The notes under the pieces: model-generated
Told to the model about the DNA's origin: nothing
The model's database searches: none
What the model saw: only the letters and a program-made list of their open reading frames with translations
Translations under genes and position numbers: made by a program
Shown: piece by piece, positions 49,443 to 59,936 of the stretch
How positions within the stretch are numbered: the stretch's first letter is position 1
Layout of the letters: every line of letters starts with the position of its first letter
Origin: Ferroacidibacillus organovorans
GTDB taxonomy: Bacteria > Bacillota > Bacilli > Alicyclobacillales > SLC66
Direction: 5' to 3'
NCBI RefSeq assembly: GCF_001642725.1
Contig: NZ_LSUQ01000009.1
Location: forward strand, 1 to 64,000
Length of the DNA: 64,000 nucleotides

Positions 49443-51440
49443 GTGAAGAATGCACGCAGATTGAATATACGGGTACAGGTGCTTCGCTTAACCATTTGCT
49501 CCATAGCATTTCTCTCCATCACGCCTTGCCATGCACATGCACATGCCGAGAAATCTACACTTGCCACCCTCTCCCCTAAACCCCAGATGATTTATCTTAG
49601 TGGAAAGGATTTCACGATCGATATTCCTATTCGCGTGGTCATTGGGCGCAATGTCTCAACAGAGAACGCCACTCTTTTTCGCGAGATTCTCTCTCCCTAT
49701 CCATCTTTCGTCCCTATTAAAAAGGATCGTGCCGATTCAAAAGATCAGATCAAGGCGGTTCTACTTCACGTATCAGATCTCTCTCTCGTAAATCGTGAGA
49801 CAAAAGAGATGGGGGTGTCCTTTCACGCCGTGCCGGTGCGAGAGGGGTATATTCTTATGATCGGATACGATGTGCATGGTCATAAACAAATCGTGATCGT
49901 CGGCGCCGATCCGTCGGGGATCTACTATGGGGAACAAACCTTGTCGCAGATCCTCGGCAATGAGCGGCGGCGAACGCGAATACCCGCTGCACTTTTGTGG
50001 GACTGGCCCACACTTTCGTATCGCGGGATCATTGAAGGGTTTTATGGGAAACCTTGGAGTCAAGCCAAGAGGATGCACTTGATTGAATTCTGCTCACACC
50101 AAAAGATGAACACCTATGTGTATGCCCCGAAGGATGATCCATTTCACAGAAATTTATGGCGCATTCCCTATTCACCTGCAACACAAAAAGAGCTTGGACA
50201 GCTCATTTCATTCACCAGACAACATCATATGCGATTTGTATTCGCTCTCTCCCCCGGGAACAGCGTGTCGTATACGAGTGAGACAGATCTTTTGGCGATG
50301 ATCCAAAAGAATCAAGCGATGTGGGATGAAGGAGTCAGAGATTTTGCGATCTTTTTCGATGACATCGGACACCATCTCACGCATCCAGTGGATCGCGCGC
50401 GCTTTGGGAATGATTCTGGCGCTTTGGCCAGAGCACAGGCGGATTTTTTGAATCAATTTTATACACGATTTATTCAAACACATCCTGGGGCGGAACTTAT
50501 CACGGTTCCAACCGACTATTATCAATCGGGACACACTCCATATCGAGATCAGTTCGCAAGAGAAGTTAACAAACACGTGAGCATCTGCTGGACTGGGGAT
50601 GGGGTTATTGCAAAAAGTGTCAGCGTTAAGGATCTGACGCTTGCCAAAAAAATCTTCCGTCACCCCCTCCTACTCTGGGATAATTACCCCGTCAACGACT
50701 ATCTACCTTCACGGTTGTTTCTTGGACCCTTAGAAGGTAGAGCAGGTAACCTTGGCGATCAAGGATTAGTAGGAATGATCTCCAATCCAATGATTGAAGC
50801 TGAAGCGTCGAAGATTGCGTTACACACCATTGCAGATTATACATGGAATCCACTCGGTTACAACGCAAAGCAGGCCTGGGAGAATGCACTGCGTGACATT
50901 GGTGGACGCGCCTACACCTCTCTTCGGTTATTTGCCTGGGCCAATCGATCATCCCCCATCGCACGTATAGACGCCCCTTCAAGGCTCGATCATAAACTTT
51001 CTGAATTCCTTTCCGCCTATCGAGCGGGAAAACACAGCAAACTTGACCTTGTAGCAGACGATGTAAGGGGTGAATTACAATCGCTGCAAAACGTCCCAAA
51101 GGATCTGGCGCTACACATGAATAACCCTGACTTTATCCAAGAGATGCTTCCCTGGTTTCGCGTGATGTCAAAGAATGCGTTCCTCTCCCAGGTTGCTTTA
51201 GAAATGCTTTTAGCTCAACGTGACGGCGATCTGCGCAAAGTCGAAAAATTACGGAACATCATCCAACATCAAAAAGTAGACAACATAAAGCCTGTGGTCG
51301 TCCCAATGCCTGAGTTGCGCAATTTTATGAGAGAGGCCTGCGCAGAAAATGATCGGTGGATGGGACAAGAGTCGCATATGCGACACCTGAATCGTTGGTT
51401 TCTTACACTATTGCAAGCCAGTGTGCGAGCAGCGCGATGA
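49443..51440 (+). CDS. Secreted GH84 beta-N-acetylglucosaminidase (O-GlcNAcase/hyaluronidase-like)
   Basis: 'RGIIEGFYGKPWS', 'YVYAPKDDPFHR', 'FAIFFDD', 'WDNYPVND'; signal peptide ending AHA; start approximate. Confidence 0.9.
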   Translation: MKNARRLNIRVQVLRLTICSIAFLSITPCHAHAHAEKSTLATLSPKPQMIYLSGKDFTIDIPIRVVIGRNVSTENATLFREILSPYPSFVPIKKDRADSKDQIKAVLLHVSDLSLVNRETKEMGVSFHAVPVREGYILMIGYDVHGHKQIVIVGADPSGIYYGEQTLSQILGNERRRTRIPAALLWDWPTLSYRGIIEGFYGKPWSQAKRMHLIEFCSHQKMNTYVYAPKDDPFHRNLWRIPYSPATQKELGQLISFTRQHHMRFVFALSPGNSVSYTSETDLLAMIQKNQAMWDEGVRDFAIFFDDIGHHLTHPVDRARFGNDSGALARAQADFLNQFYTRFIQTHPGAELITVPTDYYQSGHTPYRDQFAREVNKHVSICWTGDGVIAKSVSVKDLTLAKKIFRHPLLLWDNYPVNDYLPSRLFLGPLEGRAGNLGDQGLVGMISNPMIEAEASKIALHTIADYTWNPLGYNAKQAWENALRDIGGRAYTSLRLFAWANRSSPIARIDAPSRLDHKLSEFLSAYRAGKHSKLDLVADDVRGELQSLQNVPKDLALHMNNPDFIQEMLPWFRVMSKNAFLSQVALEMLLAQRDGDLRKVEKLRNIIQHQKVDNIKPVVVPMPELRNFMREACAENDRWMGQESHMRHLNRWFLTLLQASVRAAR

Positions 51441-51449
51441 TGGTTGACG

Positions 51450-51647
51450 CTAAGGAATGAAAGGATTTCGAAACCCAAAGTGGAAACCGCCAAACAACAG
51501 TGCCGCGAGGATCAATAAGCGAAATGCCTGCCAATAACGAATGGAAGATACGCGAAAAATTTGGGGACATGTCATGTTCCATAACCACTGAAAAATGGCT
51601 GGCACAAGAAACAGGACGATGAGAAACCACAGCGTGATGGTGATCAT
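51450..51647 (-). CDS. Small two-TM membrane protein
   Basis: AGGAGG RBS; 65-aa hydrophobic ORF 'FQWLWNMTCPQIF...YWQAFRLL'. Confidence 0.7.
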   Translation of the reverse strand: MITITLWFLIVLFLVPAIFQWLWNMTCPQIFRVSSIRYWQAFRLLILAALLFGGFHFGFRNPFIP

Positions 51648-51682
51648 CCTTACGCCTCCTTCAACATCACTCTATGCGATCA

Positions 51683-52588
51683 TCATGCGTTTTGTTTCTC
51701 TTGAATCAAACTCTGCCATAAGTAATAGGTCACAAAGCTTCGAAAAGGCGCCCACTTCGCAGTGATATGTCGTACTTCTTCCTCCCTTGGGCGGTACTCC
51801 ATCCCCGTCAGTTTTTGCAGCGCGTTTTGCACACCAATGTCCGCGGCCGGAATAATGTCTTGTCTCCCTATCCCAAATAGCAGGAAACATTCTACGGTCC
51901 AGCGGCCAATGCCTCGAAGCGGAATCAATTGTTCGTACACTTGCTCATCTGGCATTTGACGAAACGACTCAAGATCCACCTTTCCATCCACCACTGACCG
52001 CGCAAAATCGATCACATACTCCGCCTTGCGCTGACTGAACGAGCGTTCTCGAAGTTGATCGTACGACCAACTCGCAACCTGTTCTGGAGATGGAAATACA
52101 GGCAAGAATCTGCCACCCCACGTAACGCGCTCTTCCCCTAAGTCTACCAAACGTTCGACCAAGGTGGCGGCAAACTGCACATTCAATTGTTGGCCAATGA
52201 TAATCTTGACCATTGATTCAAACAGATCCGCATCTTGGATCGGACGCAGCCCGTACAATGGTTTCAAGAGAGGGCGCCACGCGACATCCGGCGTGACCAA
52301 CGCATAAAAATCAACCACATTCACATGTGTTGAGAACATATGTTTAATTTTCTGATGAATCTCTGTTCGCTCGTGATCATGCACTTGCGGATAAACAAGC
52401 TGGAGAAGCGGTCGCTCTACCGTACCCTTACCCGTTATGGTAATAGGAATGACCCTCGCATTCAATCGCATGGCCCTAGTAAAAGAAGATGTCTCAGCAT
52501 CAATAACTGTCACCTTCGAGGGCCGAGACAGCGGTCGCTCTAGCATCTTTGAAAAATCAAACGGTTCAATCGGCGTTAAAATATCCAT
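51683..52588 (-). CDS. alkA: DNA-3-methyladenine glycosylase II (AlkA, HhH-GPD)
   Basis: 'IIGQQL', 'FPSPEQ', 'RKAEY', HhH 'LRGIGRWT', 'PAADIG', 'WAPFRS'. Confidence 0.9.
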   Translation of the reverse strand: MDILTPIEPFDFSKMLERPLSRPSKVTVIDAETSSFTRAMRLNARVIPITITGKGTVERPLLQLVYPQVHDHERTEIHQKIKHMFSTHVNVVDFYALVTPDVAWRPLLKPLYGLRPIQDADLFESMVKIIIGQQLNVQFAATLVERLVDLGEERVTWGGRFLPVFPSPEQVASWSYDQLRERSFSQRKAEYVIDFARSVVDGKVDLESFRQMPDEQVYEQLIPLRGIGRWTVECFLLFGIGRQDIIPAADIGVQNALQKLTGMEYRPREEEVRHITAKWAPFRSFVTYYLWQSLIQEKQNA

Positions 52589-52784
52589 TATGTTCGATTC
52601 CTTTCTTTCAGAGATATCGCTTGAAAATTGTAAAATAAGGTTTGCTGCGTATGAAAAGAATACCCTTTTTCAGCATTCGATATCTTGCTGACTTATTCCA
52701 TAAGCTTACGTTTTGAGATCATCACATGTATAGTAGTGTTGCTAGGATAAAAGCCTGAATCGATGCATGAGAGGAGTAATCGCT

Positions 52785-53309
52785 ATGCTACAACCATCAT
52801 CCACCGTCTATTTTGCAACCTTAAAGCACGAAGACTGGGAGTTGCGCCTTGCTGCAACAGACGTCGGGCTCTGTAACATTCTTCTTCCTAAGGAACCCTT
52901 CGATTCGCTGGAAGGATGGATAAAAAAATCAATTCCTGACGCGCGTCTGATTCATAGCGAAACCAAGTTACAGCCATACGCAAAAGAGATTAGGGAGTAT
53001 TTCATGGGTCAGCGCACTGCGTTTTTCTCTCCACTTGACTTGCGCGGGACACCGTTTCAAGTCCAAGTATGGCGCGAACTTCTGCACATCCCGTTTGGTC
53101 AGACGCGAAGCTATTCTGAAATTGCGACAAACATCGGTCGGCCACGTGCAGTAAGAGCTGTTGGAGGTGCAAATGGGGCAAACCCTATCCCGATTATCAT
53201 CCCCTGCCACCGGGTCATCGGCAAAAACGGAACGCTCACAGGTTACAGCGGCGGATTAGATATCAAGACAAAACTGCTCAACTTTGAAGGTTATGCACAA
53301 AAGGCTTGA
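52785..53309 (+). CDS. ogt: Methylated-DNA--protein-cysteine methyltransferase
   Basis: 'GTPFQVQVW', 'RAVGGANGANP', active site 'PCHRV'. Confidence 0.95.
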   Translation: MLQPSSTVYFATLKHEDWELRLAATDVGLCNILLPKEPFDSLEGWIKKSIPDARLIHSETKLQPYAKEIREYFMGQRTAFFSPLDLRGTPFQVQVWRELLHIPFGQTRSYSEIATNIGRPRAVRAVGGANGANPIPIIIPCHRVIGKNGTLTGYSGGLDIKTKLLNFEGYAQKA

Positions 53310-54305
53310 TCACACCTCTGTGAGAGACTTTGCCAATTCAATTTCATCGTGAATCTCAATGCCATGATCTCCAATGTGCGGAATCGCAGGTTTTATGCTC
53401 CGCGCCTGATCAATCGCGCCTGGATAGACGGCTGTGATACGATAACCGCGCCGCTGGTAAAAGCGGATCGCTTCCAGATTGTCATTGCTTGTAATGAGCC
53501 ACACCCTGCGGCACCCCGCTTTTTTTGCCTCATCTTCTACGCTGTGCAGCAGCGCCGTGCCGATTCCTATCCCTTGCCTCAACGCATTTAGACTCATCAG
53601 TTCACAGCCGCCGTTGTCATCCAGTCGATACGTTGTAGCACCTACCAGTGCATCCTCGACCTTGGCGATCCGTTGGATTAGGTCGGGAAGTCGATAGACA
53701 TGTCCGCGACTAACCATTCGATCGCCACCCCACTCCGCTTCCCATAGCTCCCTTAACTTCATTCGATCCCTTTCGGTTTGCGGGTGTTGTATTTGAAGTT
53801 CCGCTCGTATTTTCTCAAAATCTCCATCACGCATTTTCATCGTCTGAAAAAGAGTTCCCTTCCGATCAAACTGAATCACCGTCCGAAAACCGAACTTCTG
53901 GTACAATCTGATCGCACGTTGATTGAACACAGCAACGGTCAGGCGCAGCGCGTGACCCGGATGATTTGCGACGATTACCGCCAACACAAACGCCAAGAAA
54001 GAAGAACCCCGCCCCTTTCCCGTCCAGTCAGGACGCATGCCAAGTCCAAAATCAATGACCTCATCCCCACCATGATCATAGGCGAACAACGCGTTTCCTG
54101 TTGACACCTGTGCTGAATCTCCGGTGCAATAAAAACCAATCATCTGCCAATCCTCAGAATAAACAGCACGATAGGATCCATTCATTAATTCTGCGATTGC
54201 TTCCTCAGAAACGCCGATGTTATAGAAATCATAAGGTGAGCCGTACGACCAGTTTGCAATTTCGATCGCGCGTTCTCGGTTTATTTCATCCGTTGTGAAG
54301 TTCAA
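53310..54305 (-). CDS. Tandem two-domain GNAT acetyltransferase
   Basis: Domain 1 'GLGMRPDWTGKGRG...NQRAIRLYQKFGF'; domain 2 'QGIGIGTALL...NDNLEAIRFYQRRG'; AAGGAGG before TTG 54305. Confidence 0.85.
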   Translation of the reverse strand: MNFTTDEINRERAIEIANWSYGSPYDFYNIGVSEEAIAELMNGSYRAVYSEDWQMIGFYCTGDSAQVSTGNALFAYDHGGDEVIDFGLGMRPDWTGKGRGSSFLAFVLAVIVANHPGHALRLTVAVFNQRAIRLYQKFGFRTVIQFDRKGTLFQTMKMRDGDFEKIRAELQIQHPQTERDRMKLRELWEAEWGGDRMVSRGHVYRLPDLIQRIAKVEDALVGATTYRLDDNGGCELMSLNALRQGIGIGTALLHSVEDEAKKAGCRRVWLITSNDNLEAIRFYQRRGYRITAVYPGAIDQARSIKPAIPHIGDHGIEIHDEIELAKSLTEV

Positions 54306-55165
54306 AAATCGGCCTCCTTTTGAGCGATGAAATACTCTTTGCATCTCTTCCTGAGATTTTTTATGGCTTTGGTTACAGCCTTTTGAACATAGGGTCGCGA
54401 ATCGGCCTCAAGCAACGCAAGAACATGCTTGGCAGCCACCGCGTACTTCGCCCCGTTCGCCGCGGAAAAAATCATGGCAAGATTCCAGCGCACCTGTTCA
54501 TCGTCTATTTCAATCCAGTGATCCAATCGATCAAGAACTTGTATCGGGTAGTCACGGATGAGTCCACTGCCTAGCGCGAAGGGACCAAGATTCTCCCTGA
54601 CATACACCGCGCGATCAGGCAGAAGCGCCTCGATGAGATCGAGTATCTTTGGCGCATGGTCAGCGATTCGACGATGGCCTGCATACATCGCGGCCAATGC
54701 GACAGCCCTTCGAACCTTGTCCGAAGGGTCAGCTGTCCACATTTGCATCGTTGGGTAGAATCGATCGAAATGAGCTGCCAGAATGCGTCCACAAGCGTCT
54801 GCTACCCACTCGCGAACTTCCCAATTGGTGTGATCCGCCAATTTATGTAAGACATTAGCGACTTCCTCCTGATGCTCCGCATAGCAAGAAGAAAGCACGT
54901 AGGCTCCTACTTCCTCTGCCGTATGGTTTCCACTCCGGCACAGAGCAAGTCCAACACGAAAACGTCCCTCTGCATCGAGTGAAAAATGTCGCTCGATCTC
55001 TTTAATCGCCATTCTTTTCGCGGCGGCATTCGCCGTGCCAGCGTGTGTCGTGGCTTGTGTTTGAAGAGATTCAATCATGTCGAAGATCGATTCCTGAACA
55101 ACTGCTTCTTCAAACTTTGCGCACCAATCATCCGCGCCACACAATGGCGATCCCCCCTGGTACAA
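54302..55165 (-). CDS. HEAT-repeat DNA alkylation repair protein (AlkC/AlkD-like)
   Basis: Repeated 'DHTNWEVRE', 'DPSDKVRRA', 'DRAVYVR', 'DSRPYVQKAV'; start uncertain. Confidence 0.7.
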   Translation of the reverse strand: MYQGGSPLCGADDWCAKFEEAVVQESIFDMIESLQTQATTHAGTANAAAKRMAIKEIERHFSLDAEGRFRVGLALCRSGNHTAEEVGAYVLSSCYAEHQEEVANVLHKLADHTNWEVREWVADACGRILAAHFDRFYPTMQMWTADPSDKVRRAVALAAMYAGHRRIADHAPKILDLIEALLPDRAVYVRENLGPFALGSGLIRDYPIQVLDRLDHWIEIDDEQVRWNLAMIFSAANGAKYAVAAKHVLALLEADSRPYVQKAVTKAIKNLRKRCKEYFIAQKEADF

Positions 55166-55169
55166 CCCT

Positions 55170-56615
55170 CTACATCTCTTTTACAGACAGAGCTTGATCA
55201 ACGTGTTCTAAACGATTTGAATCCCTTTTCTTTGTAACAAAACCCAATACGATCCCTATCGCGATATAGATAAACGTGAGATAAAGCACGAGGTTTAGCG
55301 GCCACGCCGGAATCGGGTAAATCGTCGTAAGCAGCGGAATCCCCATCACAATAACCCCTAAGAGAGAGGGAATTATTCCGATCAACCAACTCATTTTGTA
55401 GTGTTGCTCATCTTTCCACCACATGCGCATCCACGCCAAATTGACAGAAACATAGAGCGTCAATCCCAGAACATCAGCCGCTGCAACAAGATAACTAAAC
55501 CCCATCGGGTAGGGGGACGCGACGAGTCCCAAACAAAGGAGTAACAGCGCAGACAACACAGAGAGTACGATCGCTGCGTGATGCGGTGTAAAATATTTAT
55601 GATGAACTGCGGAAAACCACGAGGGAAGAACCCCATCTCTCCCCATGGAATAGATCACTCGCACACTCGCATTGGCACTCGCCAAGGACACACCGAGCGC
55701 TGAAGTCATTCCTGCAAAATCGACTAAAAGTGCCATCCACTTCCCTACGAAGCGAGTGGCTAGCGTACTCATGGGCAGCGTCGCAGAAGCTAACTCTTTT
55801 CCGTGATTCAATCCATACCCAATGGAAATGGCATAAGAGACGAGCACATAGAGAATGCCTCCCAATACCAGCGTTGTAAAAATAACCGCAGGAATCGTAC
55901 GAAAACGGTCTTTAGTTTCTTCAGAGACGGTGGCTGACGCCTCAAATCCAGCGAATGCGCCAACGCCATAAAGCATGCCAAAAATGATGCCGATAAAAGA
56001 TTGGGGAGACTCGCCAGGGAGAAAAACGGCGAGAGTATTTCCTGCAGCACCCCCTTTTGCAATGATAATGATAGACAATAAAACAATAACACTCGTTTCC
56101 AGAATGATCAAAACGAGATCCGTGCGTGCCGACGCGCGAATCCCCCGGATGACTAAAACCGTGACGGCAATTAAAGCGAAGAACGAAAAGATCATCCAGT
56201 CCACATTGATGCCAAATGCTTGTGCAATAAAACCTTGCGCAAAATAACCAAACACTAAGAGATTCGATGGCAGTGCCAATCCATACGCAAGGGATAGCAT
56301 CCAACCTGACAAAAAGCCAAACACCTTATGAAAAGCCATGCTGTTAAAGGTATACGCCGCGCCCGCAGAAGCGTACCTCCGCGTAAAATGCAAAATCGAG
56401 ACGGCAGTAAAAAAGGAAGCAATCATGGCAAAAACAAAGGCCAGTGGTACGGCTGTACCAGTATACTGTGCCATAGCCTGTGGAAGAAAAAGCACACTGG
56501 CTGCGGGAGCCATATTGCCAAACGAGATGGCTAAAGCTCCCCAAAAACTCACACTCCCGTCTTTTAATCGATTTGGCGTCGCCTCTAATGCTTGATTCGT
56601 TGACAATGCTCTCAT
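55170..56615 (-). CDS. APC-family amino acid/polyamine permease
   Basis: 'NMAPAAS', 'AFAGFEASATVSEE', 'RVIYSMGRDGVLP', 'TPH'. Confidence 0.9.
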   Translation of the reverse strand: MRALSTNQALEATPNRLKDGSVSFWGALAISFGNMAPAASVLFLPQAMAQYTGTAVPLAFVFAMIASFFTAVSILHFTRRYASAGAAYTFNSMAFHKVFGFLSGWMLSLAYGLALPSNLLVFGYFAQGFIAQAFGINVDWMIFSFFALIAVTVLVIRGIRASARTDLVLIILETSVIVLLSIIIIAKGGAAGNTLAVFLPGESPQSFIGIIFGMLYGVGAFAGFEASATVSEETKDRFRTIPAVIFTTLVLGGILYVLVSYAISIGYGLNHGKELASATLPMSTLATRFVGKWMALLVDFAGMTSALGVSLASANASVRVIYSMGRDGVLPSWFSAVHHKYFTPHHAAIVLSVLSALLLLCLGLVASPYPMGFSYLVAAADVLGLTLYVSVNLAWMRMWWKDEQHYKMSWLIGIIPSLLGVIVMGIPLLTTIYPIPAWPLNLVLYLTFIYIAIGIVLGFVTKKRDSNRLEHVDQALSVKEM

Positions 56616-56680
56616 CCTTTCAAATCATGACCCTCTGATGTGAAATCACAATGTCCATCAGCAAATCTTTCAATCGAGAT

Positions 56681-58408
56681 TCACGTGAGATCCTCAAGAG
56701 GAATCGACTTGAAAGCCACGAAGACTTGCAAATCGTTCTCTGTAACCAGTCGGTTGTTTAAAATATCCCTATTGGCATCCATCGAAAAGGACTTGTTTAC
56801 CCAAGACTCCGTGACAAGCAATCGCCTTTTATCGTGAAAATGGATCATGTCATACTGAGCCTCTTCAAGCAGGTGGATCGCGGCAAACACTTCATACATA
56901 AACAAAGCCAACCTTTTCGCCATAGCAGATTGAACTTCATACGCTTGTTGGAGCACGTGTCCCATCAACTTCTCACATCGCATGAGTTCTGTACGAAGCG
57001 TGTCACGCAGACGCTCTGTGCCAGAAAGATGGAGCAACTGAAGCGTGTTTTCTAAATCACCGAGAAATTCTACGGCGCCTCCCTTTTGTAAATTTTTCAG
57101 AACTTCAAGCGCCTGAATGTTGGCTGTCCCTTCCCAAATGGGATTGACAAGTGCATCTCGAAGCAGCCGCGCAGTTACGTATTCTTCGATATAACCATTC
57201 CCACCATGGAGTTCCATCGCTTGCCTTGTCGACGTTACTCCAAGCTCACTACAATGAAGCTTTACAAGCGATAGAAGAATTCGCAAAAGATGAACACTCT
57301 TATTTTGATCTCGTTCATAGGTGTGCACTTCGTCAAAACGTTTGATCGTCTGCGCCACAATGGCCCACCCAGCCTCAATCTCCACAGCAAGATCAGAGAG
57401 TGTCTCGCGCACCATCGGAAATTGCATTACATTTTGACCAAACGCTGCTCGTTGACTTGTATATAGCGCTGCCTCACTTAACGCCCGCCTCGCAGAAGCC
57501 AATCCTGACAAAGCCGTTCCGAGACGGGAAACATTCAAGGCTTCTGCCATGTATTTAAACCCTTTCGTTTCCTCGCCAATCAGGTACCCGATTGCTTCTT
57601 CAAAGACTAATTCTCCGCTCGCTACAGCGCGCACGCCAAGTTTATCTTTAAGACGACGGATGGTCACGCGATTGTGCGTTCCATCTGGTAATGTGCGAGG
57701 AACAAGAAAGAGCCCGAGTCCGCGTGTGTCTGGGAGATCGTTGACGCGTGCAAGAACGATCGCAATTTCGGCGTCGCAGTTGCTTGCGAACCATTTCTCT
57801 CCCGTCAATCGATAGTGGTCGCCTTCCACAACCGCAACCGTTTTGATTGCCCCAACATCCGATCCACCTTGAATCTCTGTCAAAAATGTCGCACCTTGCA
57901 CAAACCATTCATGGTCGAGGGATGCGAGTCGAGAGAGATACATTTCTTTTTGTTGGTCTGATCCAAATTTTTCGAGTACAAACGCCGCAGACTGCGTTAA
58001 TCCCACAGGGCACGTAAACCCTGGTTCTGCTTCACACAACAGATATAAAAGAATAGCGTTCACAAAGAATGGGATGCGAGACGGAGCGTTTGCATCATAT
58101 CGATAAGCGACGACACCTGTCCCATAGCCATCTCTTACCGTTTGCAGGTATCCCTCGTTATACCAGACTTCATTAATTTCTTCCCCTTTTTTATTGTATC
58201 GAATAAGCTTGGGAGCACCGTCTCTGTCCGTATACACCGCACGCCGATCCATGGGTCCCGCAGCCAATTGTCCTGTTTTTCGAAACGAATCTTCCACATA
58301 GGTTAAAACTGATTCGGGAAGATATCGCTTGGCATAGCGCGTCAGGATGGGGTCATCCTCGTACCAATTGAGCTCATTGACCGACTTGAGTTGGCTGTAA
58401 TCCAACAT
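56681..58408 (-). CDS. Acyl-CoA dehydrogenase, AidB-like
   Basis: 'FLTEIQGGSDV', 'GEKWFAS', 'IRRLKDKLG', 'HGGNGYIEE', 'IWEGTANI'. Confidence 0.9.
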   Translation of the reverse strand: MLDYSQLKSVNELNWYEDDPILTRYAKRYLPESVLTYVEDSFRKTGQLAAGPMDRRAVYTDRDGAPKLIRYNKKGEEINEVWYNEGYLQTVRDGYGTGVVAYRYDANAPSRIPFFVNAILLYLLCEAEPGFTCPVGLTQSAAFVLEKFGSDQQKEMYLSRLASLDHEWFVQGATFLTEIQGGSDVGAIKTVAVVEGDHYRLTGEKWFASNCDAEIAIVLARVNDLPDTRGLGLFLVPRTLPDGTHNRVTIRRLKDKLGVRAVASGELVFEEAIGYLIGEETKGFKYMAEALNVSRLGTALSGLASARRALSEAALYTSQRAAFGQNVMQFPMVRETLSDLAVEIEAGWAIVAQTIKRFDEVHTYERDQNKSVHLLRILLSLVKLHCSELGVTSTRQAMELHGGNGYIEEYVTARLLRDALVNPIWEGTANIQALEVLKNLQKGGAVEFLGDLENTLQLLHLSGTERLRDTLRTELMRCEKLMGHVLQQAYEVQSAMAKRLALFMYEVFAAIHLLEEAQYDMIHFHDKRRLLVTESWVNKSFSMDANRDILNNRLVTENDLQVFVAFKSIPLEDLT

Positions 58409-58448
58409 CCTGGAGTCCCCCTTTTATCCTAAAGATGCAACCCGTCAT

Positions 58449-59936
58449 CTATTTTTTGAGATCGTTCTTCAAAACTTTCCCATTCGCATTGCGCGGTAAT
58501 TCTGGTACAAATTGATAAATGCGAGGACATTTATAATCCGCAAGTGAACTCGCCACGTGTGTGCGCAACTCTTGTTCTGTGACACTCTTATTTAAAACAA
58601 CGACTGCCTTGACCGTTTCCCCCCATTCATCATTGGGAACGCCCACCACACACGCCTCTGTTACAGCGGGATGACTGGAAAGGACTTCCTCAATCTCTCG
58701 TGGATAAATATTAACGCCTCCGGATATGATGATGTCTTTTTTTCGATCGACGATAAACACATAGCCCTCTTCATCTCGGTACGCAATATCGCCTGTTTTC
58801 AGCCAACCATGATCCGTAACTTCAGAAATACCATGAAGCGCATGGTAGTATCCGAGCATGAGTGTATCTCCCGCAAGAATGATTTCACCCCTTTCGCCAG
58901 ATGACACATCCGTTCCATCATCACGCACCACGCGAAGCTCCATATTGAGCGTTGGATGCATTCCAATGCTTCCAGCTTTCGCAAGATGCTCATCTGGACT
59001 TAAAAAAGATCCATTCGGTCCTGCTTCTGTCAAACCATAGACTTGATAAAAGCGATCGCTCTGAAAAGCTGATTTAATCTGGATATACGCGGTTGACGCT
59101 AGAGACCCTCCACCGTAAGCAAAAACCCTCACACTCGAAAGATCAAACGATTGGACATTCAACTCTTTTGCGGCCAAAATATAGCCAATTGGCGCGGCGA
59201 ATGTAATGGTCGAATGTTCGGATTGTATGGATTGCAAAAATAACTGTGGGCTAAAGTCAGCAATGACATGAGAACTTCCGGCATAAATTCCGCTCAAAAA
59301 GAAACAATTCAACGGAGCCGAGTGTGTCAGAGGCATTAGGGTAAGCAGCTTATCTGATCGAGTGATGTGAAACTCTACACAAATCGCGGCAGCCAGGTTG
59401 CGTAATCGGTCGTGACTAAACAACACGGCCTTGGGAGTACCTGTCGTACCAGAAGTAAACAGAATTTCACATGGATCTTCTGCTCGAATCGGGAGATCAA
59501 GGTTTGAAGTTGGCAGATGGTGTTGAAATTGAAGAATGTTTTGTATACAGTGCATCCAAATCGTTGATATTGCATGATTTAACTCATGAATCATGGTAGA
59601 GAACGACGCTTCATAGAGAATACCTACCGCTCCAATGTTCATGAGCACTTGTACGAGTTCTTCCTTGGTCAGTCGGGTATTGATCGGTGCTACAATGGCG
59701 CCGATTTTTAAAACGCCAAAAAACGAAAACAAAAATTGCTCATTATTTCGAGACAAAATCAGAATACGCTCGCCAGATCCAACACCAGAATTCTTCAGGT
59801 AATGTGCAATTTGGTTCGCGAACGCATTGACTTGCGAATACGATAAACGCGAGGTGGGTGTGACAAACGCCTCTTCTGTTAAATATTTACGTGCATTTCG
59901 CTCTAAAAGACCGTGAACCGTAGCCTGACTCGTCAA
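58449..59936 (-). CDS. Acyl-CoA synthetase (AMP-forming)
   Basis: 'FTSGTTGTPK', 'YGLTEAG', 'TGDIA', 'DRKKDIIISGGVNIYP', 'PRNANGK'. Confidence 0.93.
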   Translation of the reverse strand: MTSQATVHGLLERNARKYLTEEAFVTPTSRLSYSQVNAFANQIAHYLKNSGVGSGERILILSRNNEQFLFSFFGVLKIGAIVAPINTRLTKEELVQVLMNIGAVGILYEASFSTMIHELNHAISTIWMHCIQNILQFQHHLPTSNLDLPIRAEDPCEILFTSGTTGTPKAVLFSHDRLRNLAAAICVEFHITRSDKLLTLMPLTHSAPLNCFFLSGIYAGSSHVIADFSPQLFLQSIQSEHSTITFAAPIGYILAAKELNVQSFDLSSVRVFAYGGGSLASTAYIQIKSAFQSDRFYQVYGLTEAGPNGSFLSPDEHLAKAGSIGMHPTLNMELRVVRDDGTDVSSGERGEIILAGDTLMLGYYHALHGISEVTDHGWLKTGDIAYRDEEGYVFIVDRKKDIIISGGVNIYPREIEEVLSSHPAVTEACVVGVPNDEWGETVKAVVVLNKSVTEQELRTHVASSLADYKCPRIYQFVPELPRNANGKVLKNDLKK

